Shown in pieces: positions 28,252-37,749 of a stretch of DNA of 46,402 bases. The notes beneath the pieces were generated by a model. It was given only the letters and a program-made list of their open reading frames with translations, had not been told where the DNA came from and ran no database searches. The translations under genes and the position numbers were made by a program. Positions within the stretch are counted from its first letter, which is position 1. Every line of letters starts with the position of its first letter. This DNA is from a virus, in IMG/VR virus record IMGVR_UViG_3300026907_000065, positions 1-46,402 of that record; one strand, written 5' to 3'.

Positions 28252-29268
28252 ATGACCCTGGGATTCACCCCGAGCATTGAGCTCTACGGCGCCAATGCCG
28301 CACGCCTCAACGAACGGCTGATCAGCTGGACCCACATCGACGCCGCGGGCATCGAGTCCGACCAGCTCTCGCTGACCCTCGATATCGAAGGCCTGGAAGG
28401 GCTCCCCGAGCTGGGCGGGAAGGTCGGCCTGCGGGTGGGCTATCTGGAGTCGGGGCTGGTGGATCGTGGCGAGTTCGTCATCACCCGCCGCACGCCCAAC
28501 CTGTTCCCGCCGCGCCTGACCCTGGTGGCTACCGCAGCCCCCTTCAAGGTGGCGGATGCGACCGGCTTCAAGCAGCGCCGCTCCGCCAGCCATGGCCCCA
28601 CGACCCTCGGCGCGCTGTTTCGCCAGCTGACCTCGCGCCACGGTTTTTCACCGCGGGTGGCGCCTGAACTGGACTCGATCCCGATCCCGCATGTCGATCA
28701 GTGCAACGAGACCGACATGGGCTTTCTGACGCGTATTGCCCGCCCGCACGATGCCGTCACCAAACCGTTCAACGAGATGTATGTACTGGCGCTGCGCGGG
28801 CAGGCGAAGTCGCTCTCCGGGAAAATCCTTTCGCCGGTGCGTTTGAGCGTGACCCGGGATAACCGCCCGGGAGATACGGCGTTCATTTCGGCCAGCATCG
28901 ATGAAAACGGCCGGGCCAAGCACAAGGGCTGCAAGGCCACCTGGTGGGATTCGGCGGCTGGCAAGGAGCGTGTGGTCAGCCTGGGGCAGGCTCCTTATCA
29001 GGTCCTGCGCCAGCGTTACCCGGCAGAGGGCGAGGCCCGCGGCGCAGCCCAGGGCGCCATGCGCCGCATCGAGCGCGAAGCGATCAAGTTGAAGATCGAC
29101 TGCCCCGGTGATCCGGCGCTGTCGGCCGAGGGGCTGGTGTCGCTGGACAACAGCTGGCCGGGGTTTATGCAGGGCACCTGGTCGATCGACAAGGTGACTG
29201 CCAGCGGTAATCGCGAAAAAAACTATCGCTGCCTGATCGAGGCTACCTGCCTGGAGCAACAGCCCTAG
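28252..29268 (+). CDS. Baseplate hub (P2 gpD-like)
   Basis: DAAGIESDQL, H.DQ.NETD.GFLTR.A. Confidence 0.88.
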   Translation: MTLGFTPSIELYGANAARLNERLISWTHIDAAGIESDQLSLTLDIEGLEGLPELGGKVGLRVGYLESGLVDRGEFVITRRTPNLFPPRLTLVATAAPFKVADATGFKQRRSASHGPTTLGALFRQLTSRHGFSPRVAPELDSIPIPHVDQCNETDMGFLTRIARPHDAVTKPFNEMYVLALRGQAKSLSGKILSPVRLSVTRDNRPGDTAFISASIDENGRAKHKGCKATWWDSAAGKERVVSLGQAPYQVLRQRYPAEGEARGAAQGAMRRIEREAIKLKIDCPGDPALSAEGLVSLDNSWPGFMQGTWSIDKVTASGNREKNYRCLIEATCLEQQP

Positions 29269-29410
29269 TTACCGGGCCTTGCTCGGCCGTTCTGATCTTG
29301 CGCGCCGTTGTTTCCACGACTCCATCCTGTTGCCCGGGCGCCCGCAGCCTGGGCGATCGCTTGTGGCCGCGCCTGAAGGTTTCCCATTCACCCCGTTGTG
29401 GAGCTTCTTC

Positions 29411-29995
29411 ATGAAGATCACTCCGATCCTCACGCAACTGCGCGATCACTGCCCCGGCCTGGCCAATCAGGTGGCCGTCGGCGTCGATCTCGCGCTGTTG
29501 CAAAGCAATACCGCGTTGCCCACCCCCAGTGCCCATGTGACGCCGATCGCCGATCTGGCCAGCCCGAGCACCGGGCAGAACGTTACCCGCCAGGCCATCC
29601 GCGACCGCTTGGCGATCACCCTGGTGCTGGACGCCAGCGACGGCCGGCAGGCCCTGGAGCAACTCGAAAGCCTGCGTGCCGAGTTGTGGCGGGCGCTGGT
29701 GGGGTTCAAGCCGGGCGCGGACTACAACCCGATCGAATACGACGGCGGCGAGCTGGTTTCGCTCAGCGCCACGCGGTTGTTCTATCAGCTGCGCTTTTTC
29801 GCCGAGTTCCAGCTGGGACGCAACCTGGCCAGCCAGCCGGCGGAAACCTGGCGCGAGCGTGAACTGGACGGCCTGCCGTCCTTTACCGGGGTCACGGTGC
29901 GGGTCGATGCCATCGATCCGGCGGACCCCAACCTGCAACACCCGGGGCCCGACGGGCGCCTGGAACTGACTTTCTCTGGAGACGTAACGCAATGA
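29411..29995 (+). CDS. Tail terminator-like protein (Mu gp37 position)
   Basis: 194 aa, LRAELWRALVG, IEYDGGEL; first gene of module. Confidence 0.7.
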   Translation: MKITPILTQLRDHCPGLANQVAVGVDLALLQSNTALPTPSAHVTPIADLASPSTGQNVTRQAIRDRLAITLVLDASDGRQALEQLESLRAELWRALVGFKPGADYNPIEYDGGELVSLSATRLFYQLRFFAEFQLGRNLASQPAETWRERELDGLPSFTGVTVRVDAIDPADPNLQHPGPDGRLELTFSGDVTQ

Positions 29996-30174
29996 GCAAA
30001 CGCATCACTGTGCTGCCGGCCGCGGGCCGCGCCGTGCCGGACCCCGAAGCCGGCGACCTGCTGCCGCTGGAAGGCCGTGAAGTCGACGACAACGCCTGGT
30101 GGCGTCGGCGTCTGGCCGATGGCGATATCACCCTCAAGGCCGCCAAGGCGGCCAAACCACAAGGAGCCAAATAA
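29992..30174 (+). CDS. DUF2635/Mu gp38-like protein
   Basis: V.PA.GR.VPDP..G.LLP.EG..V....WW.RRL.DGD. Confidence 0.88.
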   Translation: MSKRITVLPAAGRAVPDPEAGDLLPLEGREVDDNAWWRRRLADGDITLKAAKAAKPQGAK

Positions 30175-31670
30175 TGGCGATCGGATTCAGCAATATTCCG
30201 GCGGACATTCGTGTTCCGCTGTTCTACGCCGAGATGGACAATTCGGCGGCCAATAGCGCTTCTTCGGCGATGCGCCGACTGATCGTGGCCCAGGTCAACG
30301 ACAATGTCGCGCCGGCCGAATCCGGCAAGCTGGTGCTGGTGTCCAGCGTCGCGCTGGCCAAGAGCATCGGCGGTCAGGGCTCGATGCTCGCTTCCATGTA
30401 CGAGACCTGGCGCAAGACCGACCCGGTCGGTGAGATCTGGTGCCTGCCGCTGCACAACGTCGAAGGCAGCGTGGCCAAGGCCGAGCTGAAGTTCACCGGC
30501 ACCGCCAGCGCCAGCGGCGTGCTCAACCTGTATGTCGGTGGTGTGCGGGTTCAGGCCGCCATCGTCAATGCCGCCACCGCGGCTCAGGCCGCCAGCGCGC
30601 TGGCGCTGAAAATCAATGCCGCCGCCGACCTGCCGGTGAGCGCCGCGGCGGTCGAAGGCACCCTGACCCTGACCGCCAAATGGACTGGCGACAGCGCGAA
30701 CGACATCAGCCTGCAGCTCAACCGCCTGGGCAAGAGCAATGGCGAAGAAACCCCGGCCGGCTTGAGCGTGACGGTCGGCAAAATGGCCGGCGGCGCCGGC
30801 GTGCCGGATCAGGTTGCCGCACTGGCGGCCCTGGGCGATGAACCTTTCGAGTTCATCTGCATGCCGTGGACCGACACCGCGACCCTCAACGCCTGGCAAG
30901 CCGTCATGGATGACAGCACCGGTCGCTGGTCCTGGGCCAAGCAACTGTTCGGTCACGTCTACAGCGCCAAGCGCGGCACCGTCGGCACCCTGGTGGCGGC
31001 AGGGCAAGCACGCAACGACCAGCACATCACCATCCAGGCCCTGGAGCCGGGCGTACCGCAGCCGTTCTGGGTGCAGGCCGCGGCACTGGCCGCGCGCACC
31101 TCGGTGTTCATCTCCGCCGATGCCAGCCGTCCGACCCAGAGCGGCAGCCTGCCGGGTGTCGATCCGGCGCCGGCCAGCGAGCGTTTCACCCTGACCGAGC
31201 GTCAATCGCTGCTCAGCTACGGCATCGCCACCGCCTACTACGAAGGCGGCTATGTACGCATCCAGCGTTCGATCACCACCTACCAGAAGAACGCCTACGG
31301 CCAGGCCGACAACTCCTACCTGGACAGCGAAACCATGCACCAGTCGGCCTTTATCGTGCGCCGCCTGCAAAGCGTGATCACCAGCAAGTACGGGCGCCAC
31401 AAACTGGCCGCCGACGGTACCCGCTTCGGCGCCGGCCAGCCGATCGTGACCCCGAGCACCATCCGCGGCGAGCTGATCGCCCAGTACGCCAAGCTCGAAC
31501 TGGAAGGCCACGTGGAGAACGCCGAGCTGTTCGCCGAGCACCTGATCGTCGAGCGCGACAGCCAGGACCCGAGCCGGGTCAACGTGCTGTTCCCGCCGGA
31601 CTACATCAACGGCCTGCGAGTGTTCGCGCTGCTCAACCAATTCCGTCTGCAGTACGACGCGGCGGCCTAA
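30174..31670 (+). CDS. Contractile tail sheath (Mu gpL-like)
   Basis: IP.DIRVPLFYAEMDNS, GSMLA.M, RPTQ, R.ITTYQKN.YG. Confidence 0.93.
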   Translation: MAIGFSNIPADIRVPLFYAEMDNSAANSASSAMRRLIVAQVNDNVAPAESGKLVLVSSVALAKSIGGQGSMLASMYETWRKTDPVGEIWCLPLHNVEGSVAKAELKFTGTASASGVLNLYVGGVRVQAAIVNAATAAQAASALALKINAAADLPVSAAAVEGTLTLTAKWTGDSANDISLQLNRLGKSNGEETPAGLSVTVGKMAGGAGVPDQVAALAALGDEPFEFICMPWTDTATLNAWQAVMDDSTGRWSWAKQLFGHVYSAKRGTVGTLVAAGQARNDQHITIQALEPGVPQPFWVQAAALAARTSVFISADASRPTQSGSLPGVDPAPASERFTLTERQSLLSYGIATAYYEGGYVRIQRSITTYQKNAYGQADNSYLDSETMHQSAFIVRRLQSVITSKYGRHKLAADGTRFGAGQPIVTPSTIRGELIAQYAKLELEGHVENAELFAEHLIVERDSQDPSRVNVLFPPDYINGLRVFALLNQFRLQYDAAA

Positions 31671-31697
31671 GCCGAGCCTCTTTCACTGCGCTTTTCC

Positions 31698-31724
31698 AGC
31701 CCGCCTGGTGCGGGCTCATTTTTT
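31698..31724 (+). terminator. Terminator-like hairpin between sheath and tube
   Basis: AGCCCGC-CTGGT-GCGGGCT-CATTTTTT. Confidence 0.6.
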
Positions 31725-31736
31725 GGGAGAAACACC

Positions 31737-32084
31737 ATGGGTCAACTGATTGCGGGCACCTGCTACGTCAAAGTGGACGGCGCTCAACTGACCATCAACG
31801 GCGGCTGCGAAGCGCCGCTGATGTCCGTGAAACGGGAAACCATCGTGCCGGGCTTCTACAAGGAAACCGACATTGCCCCGTCCTTCAAGGTCACGGCGCT
31901 GCACACCCCGGACTTCCCGCTCAAGCAGCTGGTGGCCGGTTCCGACATGACCGTCACCTGCGAGTTCAGCAACGGCAAGGTCTACGTCCTGGCCGGCGCC
32001 TACCTGGTGGAAGAACCGGTTTCCAAGGGTGACGACGCGAGCATCGAACTGAAGTTCGAAGGCATCAAGGGGACCTGGCAATGA
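31737..32084 (+). CDS. Tail tube (Mu gpM-like)
   Basis: IAGTCYVKVDG, NGKVYVL..A, LKFEG. Confidence 0.9.
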   Translation: MGQLIAGTCYVKVDGAQLTINGGCEAPLMSVKRETIVPGFYKETDIAPSFKVTALHTPDFPLKQLVAGSDMTVTCEFSNGKVYVLAGAYLVEEPVSKGDDASIELKFEGIKGTWQ

Positions 32085-32377
32085 GCGATAGCGTAAAGCT
32101 GCGTGTGGCCATCGAAGCCCACGGCGAACCGCTGACCGAACTGACCCTGCGCCGCCCGACGGTGCAGGAGGTGCGGGCGATCAAGGCGCTGCCGTACAAG
32201 ATCGACAAGAGCGAAGAAGTCAGCCTCGACATGGACGTCGCGGCCAAGTACATCGCGGTCTGTGCCGGCATTCCTCCGTCCTCGGTCAACCAGCTCGACC
32301 TGGCTGACCTCAACGCCCTGAGCTGGGCGGTCGCGAGTTTTTTCATGAGTGCGGCATCGGAGCCATCAGCGACCTGA
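32081..32377 (+). CDS. Tail assembly chaperone (Mu gp41-like)
   Basis: ELTLRRPT, IPPSSV.QL.LAD; slippery T TTT TTC at 32338-32344. Confidence 0.85.
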   Translation: MSDSVKLRVAIEAHGEPLTELTLRRPTVQEVRAIKALPYKIDKSEEVSLDMDVAAKYIAVCAGIPPSSVNQLDLADLNALSWAVASFFMSAASEPSAT

Positions 32378-32508
32378 TCGCGGTTGCCTATGACCTGGCC
32401 TGGTTCTGGAAGGTTGATCCCGAACAGATGATGGCCAGGCCACTGGATGTGCTCCGGGAGTCCCTGGAGCACGCGCAACGGATCAATGCGATGCAGCAGG
32501 TGCAGTGA
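32338..32508 (+). CDS. -1 frameshift extension of chaperone
   Basis: -1 frame reads HECGIGAISDLIAVAYDLAWFWKVDPEQMMARPLDVLRESLEHAQRINAMQQVQ*; stop overlaps TMP ATG (TGATG). Confidence 0.75.
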   Translation, partial: FFHECGIGAISDLIAVAYDLAWFWKVDPEQMMARPLDVLRESLEHAQRINAMQQVQ

Positions 32509-34460
32509 TGGCGAACATCAATCAAAGCTTGAATCAGACGAGCATCAAACAGCGCCTGAGCGTGACCAACGTGCAGACCACGGTGAATATGCTGGTGGTC
32601 ATGCAAGGCATGCAGAAACTGGACGCCGAGTTGGGCGAGGTGCGTTCGAAAGTCAGCCGCTTCAAGAAAAGCATCGAAGACAGCGGCCTGGGCGGGCTGG
32701 ATTTTTCCGGCCTGATCAAGGGCGGTGGCCTGGCCGCGCCTTTCGTGGCGGGGGTCAATTCCGCCATCGAATTCGAGAACCAGGCGGCGCGGGCCAAGCT
32801 GGTGGCGCAGGGCATCGAACCGCCCAAGGATGTGCTGGGCGAGACGGGCACTAACCTGAAGGCGTTCAGCGACAGCGTCGACGACATCTCGCAAAAGTTC
32901 GGCAGCGCGCTGCTGCCGGCGGTCAACTCGGTAGTGACCGCCGTGCAACCGCTGCTGGGCTTTGTGGCCAAGGTCATTGAAAGCAACCCGCAGTTGGTCC
33001 AGGGCCTCGCCGCCGGCGCCTTGGCTTTCACCGCGATCCGCGGCGCCATGACCCTGGCCTCGTCCGCCGTGACCCTGTTCAGCAGCGGCCTGCTGGCCTC
33101 GCCCATCGGCCTGATCGCCCTGGGGATCGCGGTGGCGGCGGGCCTGATCGTGGCCAACTGGGAACCGCTGTCGGCGTTTTTTGTCACCCTCTGGGCGAGC
33201 ATCAAGGACGCCGCCGTGCAACTGATGGCGGGGTTGAAGACTGTCTTCGGCTGGACCCCGCTAGGAATGGTGATCGCCAATTGGGGAGCGATCACCGGCT
33301 ATTTTGCCGGCCTCTGGGAACAGCTCAAGACGATGGCCGCTTCCGTGGTCGACTTCTTCAAGCAGGTGTTTTCCTGGACGCCGCTGGGGCTGGTGATTGA
33401 AAACTGGACGCCCCTGAGCGGCCTGTTTTCCGCGTTGTGGGAGTTGCTCAAGGCGTTGTCCGTTCCGGCGATGGACTTCCTCAAAGGCCTGTTCGCCTGG
33501 ACGCCGTTGGGGATGGTGATCAACAACTGGGGAGCGATCAGCGGTTTCTTCGCCTCGCTCTGGGCCGGCCTGCAAGGTCCGGCGCAGCGGGTCAAGGCCT
33601 TCTTCATCGGGCTGTTCGACAGCTCGCCACTGGGGCTGGTGATCAACAACTGGGGCGCGATCAGCGCTTACTTCGCTTCGCTCTGGGCCGGCCTGCAAGG
33701 TCCGGCGCAACAGGTGAAGGACTTCTTCGTCACGTTGTTCGATACCTCGCCACTGGGGATGGTGATCAATAACTGGGGCACGATCGGCACCTACTTCGAC
33801 GCCATCTGGGCGACCCTGAAAAGCGCGGCGCAGGTCATCAAGGACTTTTTTGTCAGCCTGTTCGAGTGGTCGCCCGTGGGGCAGATCATTGCCAACTGGC
33901 AGCCCATCAGCGATGTGTTCGCGGCTCTCTGGGAGGTGTTGAAAGCCCTGGCGGCGCCGGCCATCGAATTCATGCGTGGCCTGTTCGAGTGGTCGCCCCT
34001 GGGGCAGATCATCAAGAACTGGGAGCCGATCACCGAATGGTTCAGCGGCCTGTGGCAACGGCTGCAGGCGGTGATCGCACCGATCAGGGAACTGTTCGAC
34101 GGTGGTTTCGCCGGTTTCGTCGCCCGCGTCACCGGCAAGGTGGAAAACCTCACCGAGGCGCAGCGGCAAACCAATGCCGAAGGCAAAGGCGCGCTGGCGC
34201 CGGCGTTCTTCGGTGGCGGCCAGCCGGCGCCGGGTTCTTCGGCGCTTTCCGCCGGCCTGCCGCAAAGCTCCACCTCGCTGCTGCAGCAGAGCGCGGCCAA
34301 CAACCGCACGCAATTGCAGGGCGGGCTGACGGTGAGCTTCGAAAACGCCCCGGCGGGCCTGCGTACCAGTGCGCCGCAAATCAACCAACCCGGCGTGGCG
34401 TTGTCGTCGCGTGTCGGCTACCGCTCACTTTCGCTAGGAGGTTCCAATGAGCTGGCGTGA
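32508..34460 (+). CDS. Tape measure protein with 41-aa Trp/Phe repeats
   Basis: 650 aa after chaperone; hydrophobic segment then 7 full + 1 partial G.VI.NW..I...F..LW repeats. Confidence 0.88.
   Translation: MANINQSLNQTSIKQRLSVTNVQTTVNMLVVMQGMQKLDAELGEVRSKVSRFKKSIEDSGLGGLDFSGLIKGGGLAAPFVAGVNSAIEFENQAARAKLVAQGIEPPKDVLGETGTNLKAFSDSVDDISQKFGSALLPAVNSVVTAVQPLLGFVAKVIESNPQLVQGLAAGALAFTAIRGAMTLASSAVTLFSSGLLASPIGLIALGIAVAAGLIVANWEPLSAFFVTLWASIKDAAVQLMAGLKTVFGWTPLGMVIANWGAITGYFAGLWEQLKTMAASVVDFFKQVFSWTPLGLVIENWTPLSGLFSALWELLKALSVPAMDFLKGLFAWTPLGMVINNWGAISGFFASLWAGLQGPAQRVKAFFIGLFDSSPLGLVINNWGAISAYFASLWAGLQGPAQQVKDFFVTLFDTSPLGMVINNWGTIGTYFDAIWATLKSAAQVIKDFFVSLFEWSPVGQIIANWQPISDVFAALWEVLKALAAPAIEFMRGLFEWSPLGQIIKNWEPITEWFSGLWQRLQAVIAPIRELFDGGFAGFVARVTGKVENLTEAQRQTNAEGKGALAPAFFGGGQPAPGSSALSAGLPQSSTSLLQQSAANNRTQLQGGLTVSFENAPAGLRTSAPQINQPGVALSSRVGYRSLSLGGSNELA
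33141..34104 (+). repeat. 123-bp (41-aa) tandem repeats in TMP
   Basis: AACAACTGG at 33522 and 33645 (123 bp apart); units 4 and 5 nearly identical. Confidence 0.85.
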
Positions 34461-35685
34461 TCGTTTGTTGCCGGCGTCGTTTCGTGGCGTCGGGTTCTGG
34501 GTCGACCAGGCGAAAACCCCGGTCGGCCACAAGGGCCAGTTGCACGAGTACCCGCAGCGTGACTTGCCGTTCTACGAGAGCCTGGGGCGGCAGGCGCGGA
34601 CCCACGACCTGACGGCGTTCATCGTCGGCGCCGATTGCCTGGAGCAGCGCGACAAGCTGCTCAAGGCGCTGGAGCAGGGCAGCGGTGAACTGGTGCACCC
34701 GTGGCTGGGGCGCCTGCAGGTCAAGGTCGGCGAATGCGAGATGACCCAGAGCCGCCAGGACGGCGGCCTGGTGACCTTCACCCTGAAGTTCTACCCCGAC
34801 CAGCCGTTGCAGTTCCCCAGCGCCACGGTCAACACCCGCCAGCTGTTGCTGGTGTCGGCCGACAGCCTTATAGGCTCGGCGGTACGCCGCTTCGAGGAGG
34901 CCATGACCCTGGTCAAGGCCGCGCGCATCGGCATCGCCGACCTGCGCAACAGCCTCAAGGAGGTCTACCAGACCATCGAGCAGGAGCTCAAGCCGCTGAT
35001 CGACACCTACCGCGATCTCAACCTGCTGGTGCGGGCGATCAAGGACCTGCCCAAGGAAGTGAGCGCCGAGTTCAAGGGCTTGCTGGGGGACATCAAGGAC
35101 CTCAAGGACTATGCGCGCAACGGTTACCGCGGCGTGCTGGCCAATGTCTCGCAGCAGGTCGAGGCGGTGAAGAAGATCGACACGCCGAAACTCACCACCG
35201 GCAAGGACACCACCGCCGCGGCGCAAGCCATGGCGGACCTGGTGCAGGACGCCGTGCTGGTGCGGATTGCCCAGGCCGTGGCCTCGCTGCCGGTGGCAAC
35301 CACGGCGGTCAAGCTGAGCGGCACGCCGCCTTTGGCCAAGCAGGCGATCCAGCCGGTGACCCGCGCGGAAGTGCCGGTGGCCGATGAGGTGCTGGCGCTG
35401 CGCAACGCGATCAACGAGGCGATCTGGCAGGCCGCGGAAAAAGCCGACGCCCTGCATTACGAGGTGCTCAACGGCCTGCGTCAGCTGGTCTACGGCCACC
35501 TCACCGCGGTGGCTTCGTCCGGCGTGCGGCTGGTGGTCAAGAACCCGATGCAGAGCCTGCCGACGGTGGTGCTCGCCTATCGGCTGTTTGGCGATGCCAC
35601 CCGGGCGGCCGAAGTGCAGCAGCGCAACGGCGTGGCCCATCCCGGCTTCCTGCCGCCGACCAACGTCAAAGTGGCGGGGGAGTGA
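34447..35685 (+). CDS. Mu gp43/gpN-like DNA circularisation-family tail protein
   Basis: WRDRLLPASFRGV.F, HEYP.RD, GELVHPWLG, RN...HPGF. Confidence 0.9.
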   Translation: MSWRDRLLPASFRGVGFWVDQAKTPVGHKGQLHEYPQRDLPFYESLGRQARTHDLTAFIVGADCLEQRDKLLKALEQGSGELVHPWLGRLQVKVGECEMTQSRQDGGLVTFTLKFYPDQPLQFPSATVNTRQLLLVSADSLIGSAVRRFEEAMTLVKAARIGIADLRNSLKEVYQTIEQELKPLIDTYRDLNLLVRAIKDLPKEVSAEFKGLLGDIKDLKDYARNGYRGVLANVSQQVEAVKKIDTPKLTTGKDTTAAAQAMADLVQDAVLVRIAQAVASLPVATTAVKLSGTPPLAKQAIQPVTRAEVPVADEVLALRNAINEAIWQAAEKADALHYEVLNGLRQLVYGHLTAVASSGVRLVVKNPMQSLPTVVLAYRLFGDATRAAEVQQRNGVAHPGFLPPTNVKVAGE

Positions 35686-35688
35686 GCC

Positions 35689-36729
35689 ATGGGCAACTTC
35701 GATAACCGGGTGCTGTTGACGGTGGACGGCCAGGATTACGGCGGCTGGAAAAGTGTCGAAATCAGCGCCGACCTGGAGCGGCAGTTTCGCACCTTCAAGC
35801 TCGACGTGACCTGGCAATGGCCGGGGCAGACCCTGGACCAGCGCATCCGTCCCGGCGCCAAGTGCCAGGTGCGGATCGGCGCCGAGCTGTTGCTCAGCGG
35901 CCATGTGTTCAAGGCGCCGATCAGCTATGACGGTCGGCAGATCGGCTTGAGCATCGAGGGCAGTTCCCTGACCCAGGACCTGGTGGATTGCGCGGCGATC
36001 AACCAGCCCGGCCAATGGCGCGAGCAGAGTCTGCTGAAAATCGTCCAGGCCCTGGCCGCGTCCTACGGCGTCGGGGTGGTCAGCGAGATCGCGGAAACCA
36101 CGCGGCTGAGCAGCCACAGCATCGTGCCTGGGGAAACCGTGTTCCAGTCCATCGACCGCCTGCTGACGTTGTTCCGGGTGTTCTCCACCGACGACGCCGA
36201 AGGCCGGGTGCTGTTGGCCCGGCCGGGCAGTGGCGGGCGCGCGGTGGATGTGCTGGAGCTGGGCAAGAACATCCTCTCGGCCAGCGCGCCGATGGACTTC
36301 AGCCAGGTGTTTTCCGAATACCGGGTGATCGGCCAGCACAAGGGCAACGACCAGAAAAGCGGCGCCGCGGTCAGCGAAGTGTCGGGCGTGGCCAGCGACG
36401 GCACGGCCAAGCGCAAGCGGGTCACGGTGATCAACGAACCAGCCCAGCTGACCCAGGAGCTGGCCCAGCAAAGGGCCGACTGGGAAAGCGCCATTCGCAC
36501 CGGCAAGGCCCTGACCAGCACCTACAAGGTGCAGGGCTGGCGCCAGAGCAACGGCGAGCTGTGGCGCCACAACACCCTGGTGCGGGTGATCGACCCGGTG
36601 CTGGGTTTCGACCAGGACCTGCTGATTTCCAAGGTCACCTACTCGCTCTCCGAGCAGGGCTCGATCACCACCCTGCAGGTGGCGCCGCCCCATACCTTCG
36701 ACGCCAGTCCGGTGCCACCGAAAGCCTAA
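35689..36729 (+). CDS. Baseplate hub (Mu gp44/gpP-like)
   Basis: YGGWKSV.I, DLVDCA, PGETVF, FSEY.V.GQ, V.GWRQ..G.LW. Confidence 0.9.
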   Translation: MGNFDNRVLLTVDGQDYGGWKSVEISADLERQFRTFKLDVTWQWPGQTLDQRIRPGAKCQVRIGAELLLSGHVFKAPISYDGRQIGLSIEGSSLTQDLVDCAAINQPGQWREQSLLKIVQALAASYGVGVVSEIAETTRLSSHSIVPGETVFQSIDRLLTLFRVFSTDDAEGRVLLARPGSGGRAVDVLELGKNILSASAPMDFSQVFSEYRVIGQHKGNDQKSGAAVSEVSGVASDGTAKRKRVTVINEPAQLTQELAQQRADWESAIRTGKALTSTYKVQGWRQSNGELWRHNTLVRVIDPVLGFDQDLLISKVTYSLSEQGSITTLQVAPPHTFDASPVPPKA

Positions 36730-36742
36730 AACCCCCGGTAAT

Positions 36743-36820
36743 GTAGGAGCGAGCTTGCTCGCGATGGGGGGCGACACGGTGTGCCTGTAAGGCCGCTATC
36801 GCGAGCAAGCTCGCTCCTGC
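36743..36820. repeat. REPIN (inverted GTAG-type REP doublet)
   Basis: GTAGGAGCGAGCTTGCTCGCGAT (36743-36765) ... ATCGCGAGCAAGCTCGCTCCTGC (36798-36820). Confidence 0.9.
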
Positions 36821-36841
36821 ACAAGGGGCAAGGAAAAAACC

Positions 36842-37351
36842 ATGAGCCTACTGACACGCCTGTTGGCGCGCGGCACCGTCGTGCTCGCCAACTCGGCCAA
36901 CAAACTGCAATCGCTGCAAATGCGCCTGACCGCCGGCGAAGTGAACGACGACATGGAGCACTTCGAACCCTACGGCTTCACCAGCAACCCGCTGGCCGGC
37001 GCCGAAGGCATCGCCACCTTTCTCGGCGGCGATCGCTCCCATGCCATCGTGCTGGTGGTCGCCGACCGCCGTTTTCGCCTCAAGGCCCTGGCCCCCGGCG
37101 AAGTGGCGATCTACACCGACGAAGGCGACAAGATTCATTTCAAGCGTGGGCGGATCATCGACATCGAGACCGCCACCCTCAATATCCGCGCCAGCAGCGC
37201 GGTGCATATCGACACCCCGACCCTGACCCAGACCGGCAAGATCGTCTCCCAGGGCGACCAGGTCGCTGGCGGCATCAGCCAGATCAAGCACGTGCATGGC
37301 GGCGTGCAGTCGGGTAGCGGGCAGACCGGCGCGCCGGCGGGAGGCCAATGA
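36842..37351 (+). CDS. Baseplate spike (Mu gp45-like)
   Basis: EHFEPYGFTS.P, GGDRSH, GEVAIY, C-terminal HVH metal-binding motif. Confidence 0.9.
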   Translation: MSLLTRLLARGTVVLANSANKLQSLQMRLTAGEVNDDMEHFEPYGFTSNPLAGAEGIATFLGGDRSHAIVLVVADRRFRLKALAPGEVAIYTDEGDKIHFKRGRIIDIETATLNIRASSAVHIDTPTLTQTGKIVSQGDQVAGGISQIKHVHGGVQSGSGQTGAPAGGQ

Positions 37352-37749
37352 TGTTTATCAGCCAAGACCTGCACCGCGCACTGACCCGTTCCGTGCTGAT
37401 CAGCCTGTTCACCTGGCGTCGCGCGGCGGACGACGACCCGCTGGACGACGAGGAGCGCTTCGGCTGGTGGGGTGACAGCTTTCCCACCGTGGCCGACGAC
37501 CGCATCGGCTCGCGTCTGTGGCTGCTGCGGCGGGTCAAGCTGACCCGCCAGACCCAGCTCGACGCCGAGTTCTATGCCCGCGAAGCCCTGCAATGGCTGA
37601 TCGACGATGGCCATTGCAGCGCGGTCGAGATCATCAGCGAACGTCTCGACGACCAGCGCCTGAACCTGCGCACGACGCTGGTCCTGGCCAACGGTGAACG
37701 CCTGGACATCAACCCCGATAACAGTTGGCAGGTGACCTATGCCCTTTGA
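37348..37749 (+). CDS. Mu gp46-like baseplate protein
   Basis: VLISLFTWRRA, GWWGD, GSRLWLL, A.EALQWLIDDG. Confidence 0.92.
   Translation: MMFISQDLHRALTRSVLISLFTWRRAADDDPLDDEERFGWWGDSFPTVADDRIGSRLWLLRRVKLTRQTQLDAEFYAREALQWLIDDGHCSAVEIISERLDDQRLNLRTTLVLANGERLDINPDNSWQVTYAL

Larger units (their letters stand above)
17724..29268 (+). mobile_element. Module 2: P2-like contractile (R-type) tailocin
   Basis: Order V-W-J-I-fibre(s)-chaperone-sheath-tube-E/E'-T-U-X-D as in P2-like tails; no head genes. Confidence 0.88.

Noticed and set aside
17724..29268. eCIS/T6SS with toxin cargo
   Set aside because: No AAA+ ATPase, Afp-type gene set, Tss membrane complex or effector-immunity pairs; gene order is P2-like.
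29330..29356. Hairpin TTGCCCGGGC/GCCTGGGCGA at module 2/3 junction
   Set aside because: No U-tract and GC-rich context; cannot support a function.
33141..34104. CRISPR-like periodic repeats
   Set aside because: In-frame 123-bp coding repeats of the TMP with no repeat-spacer structure and no cas genes.
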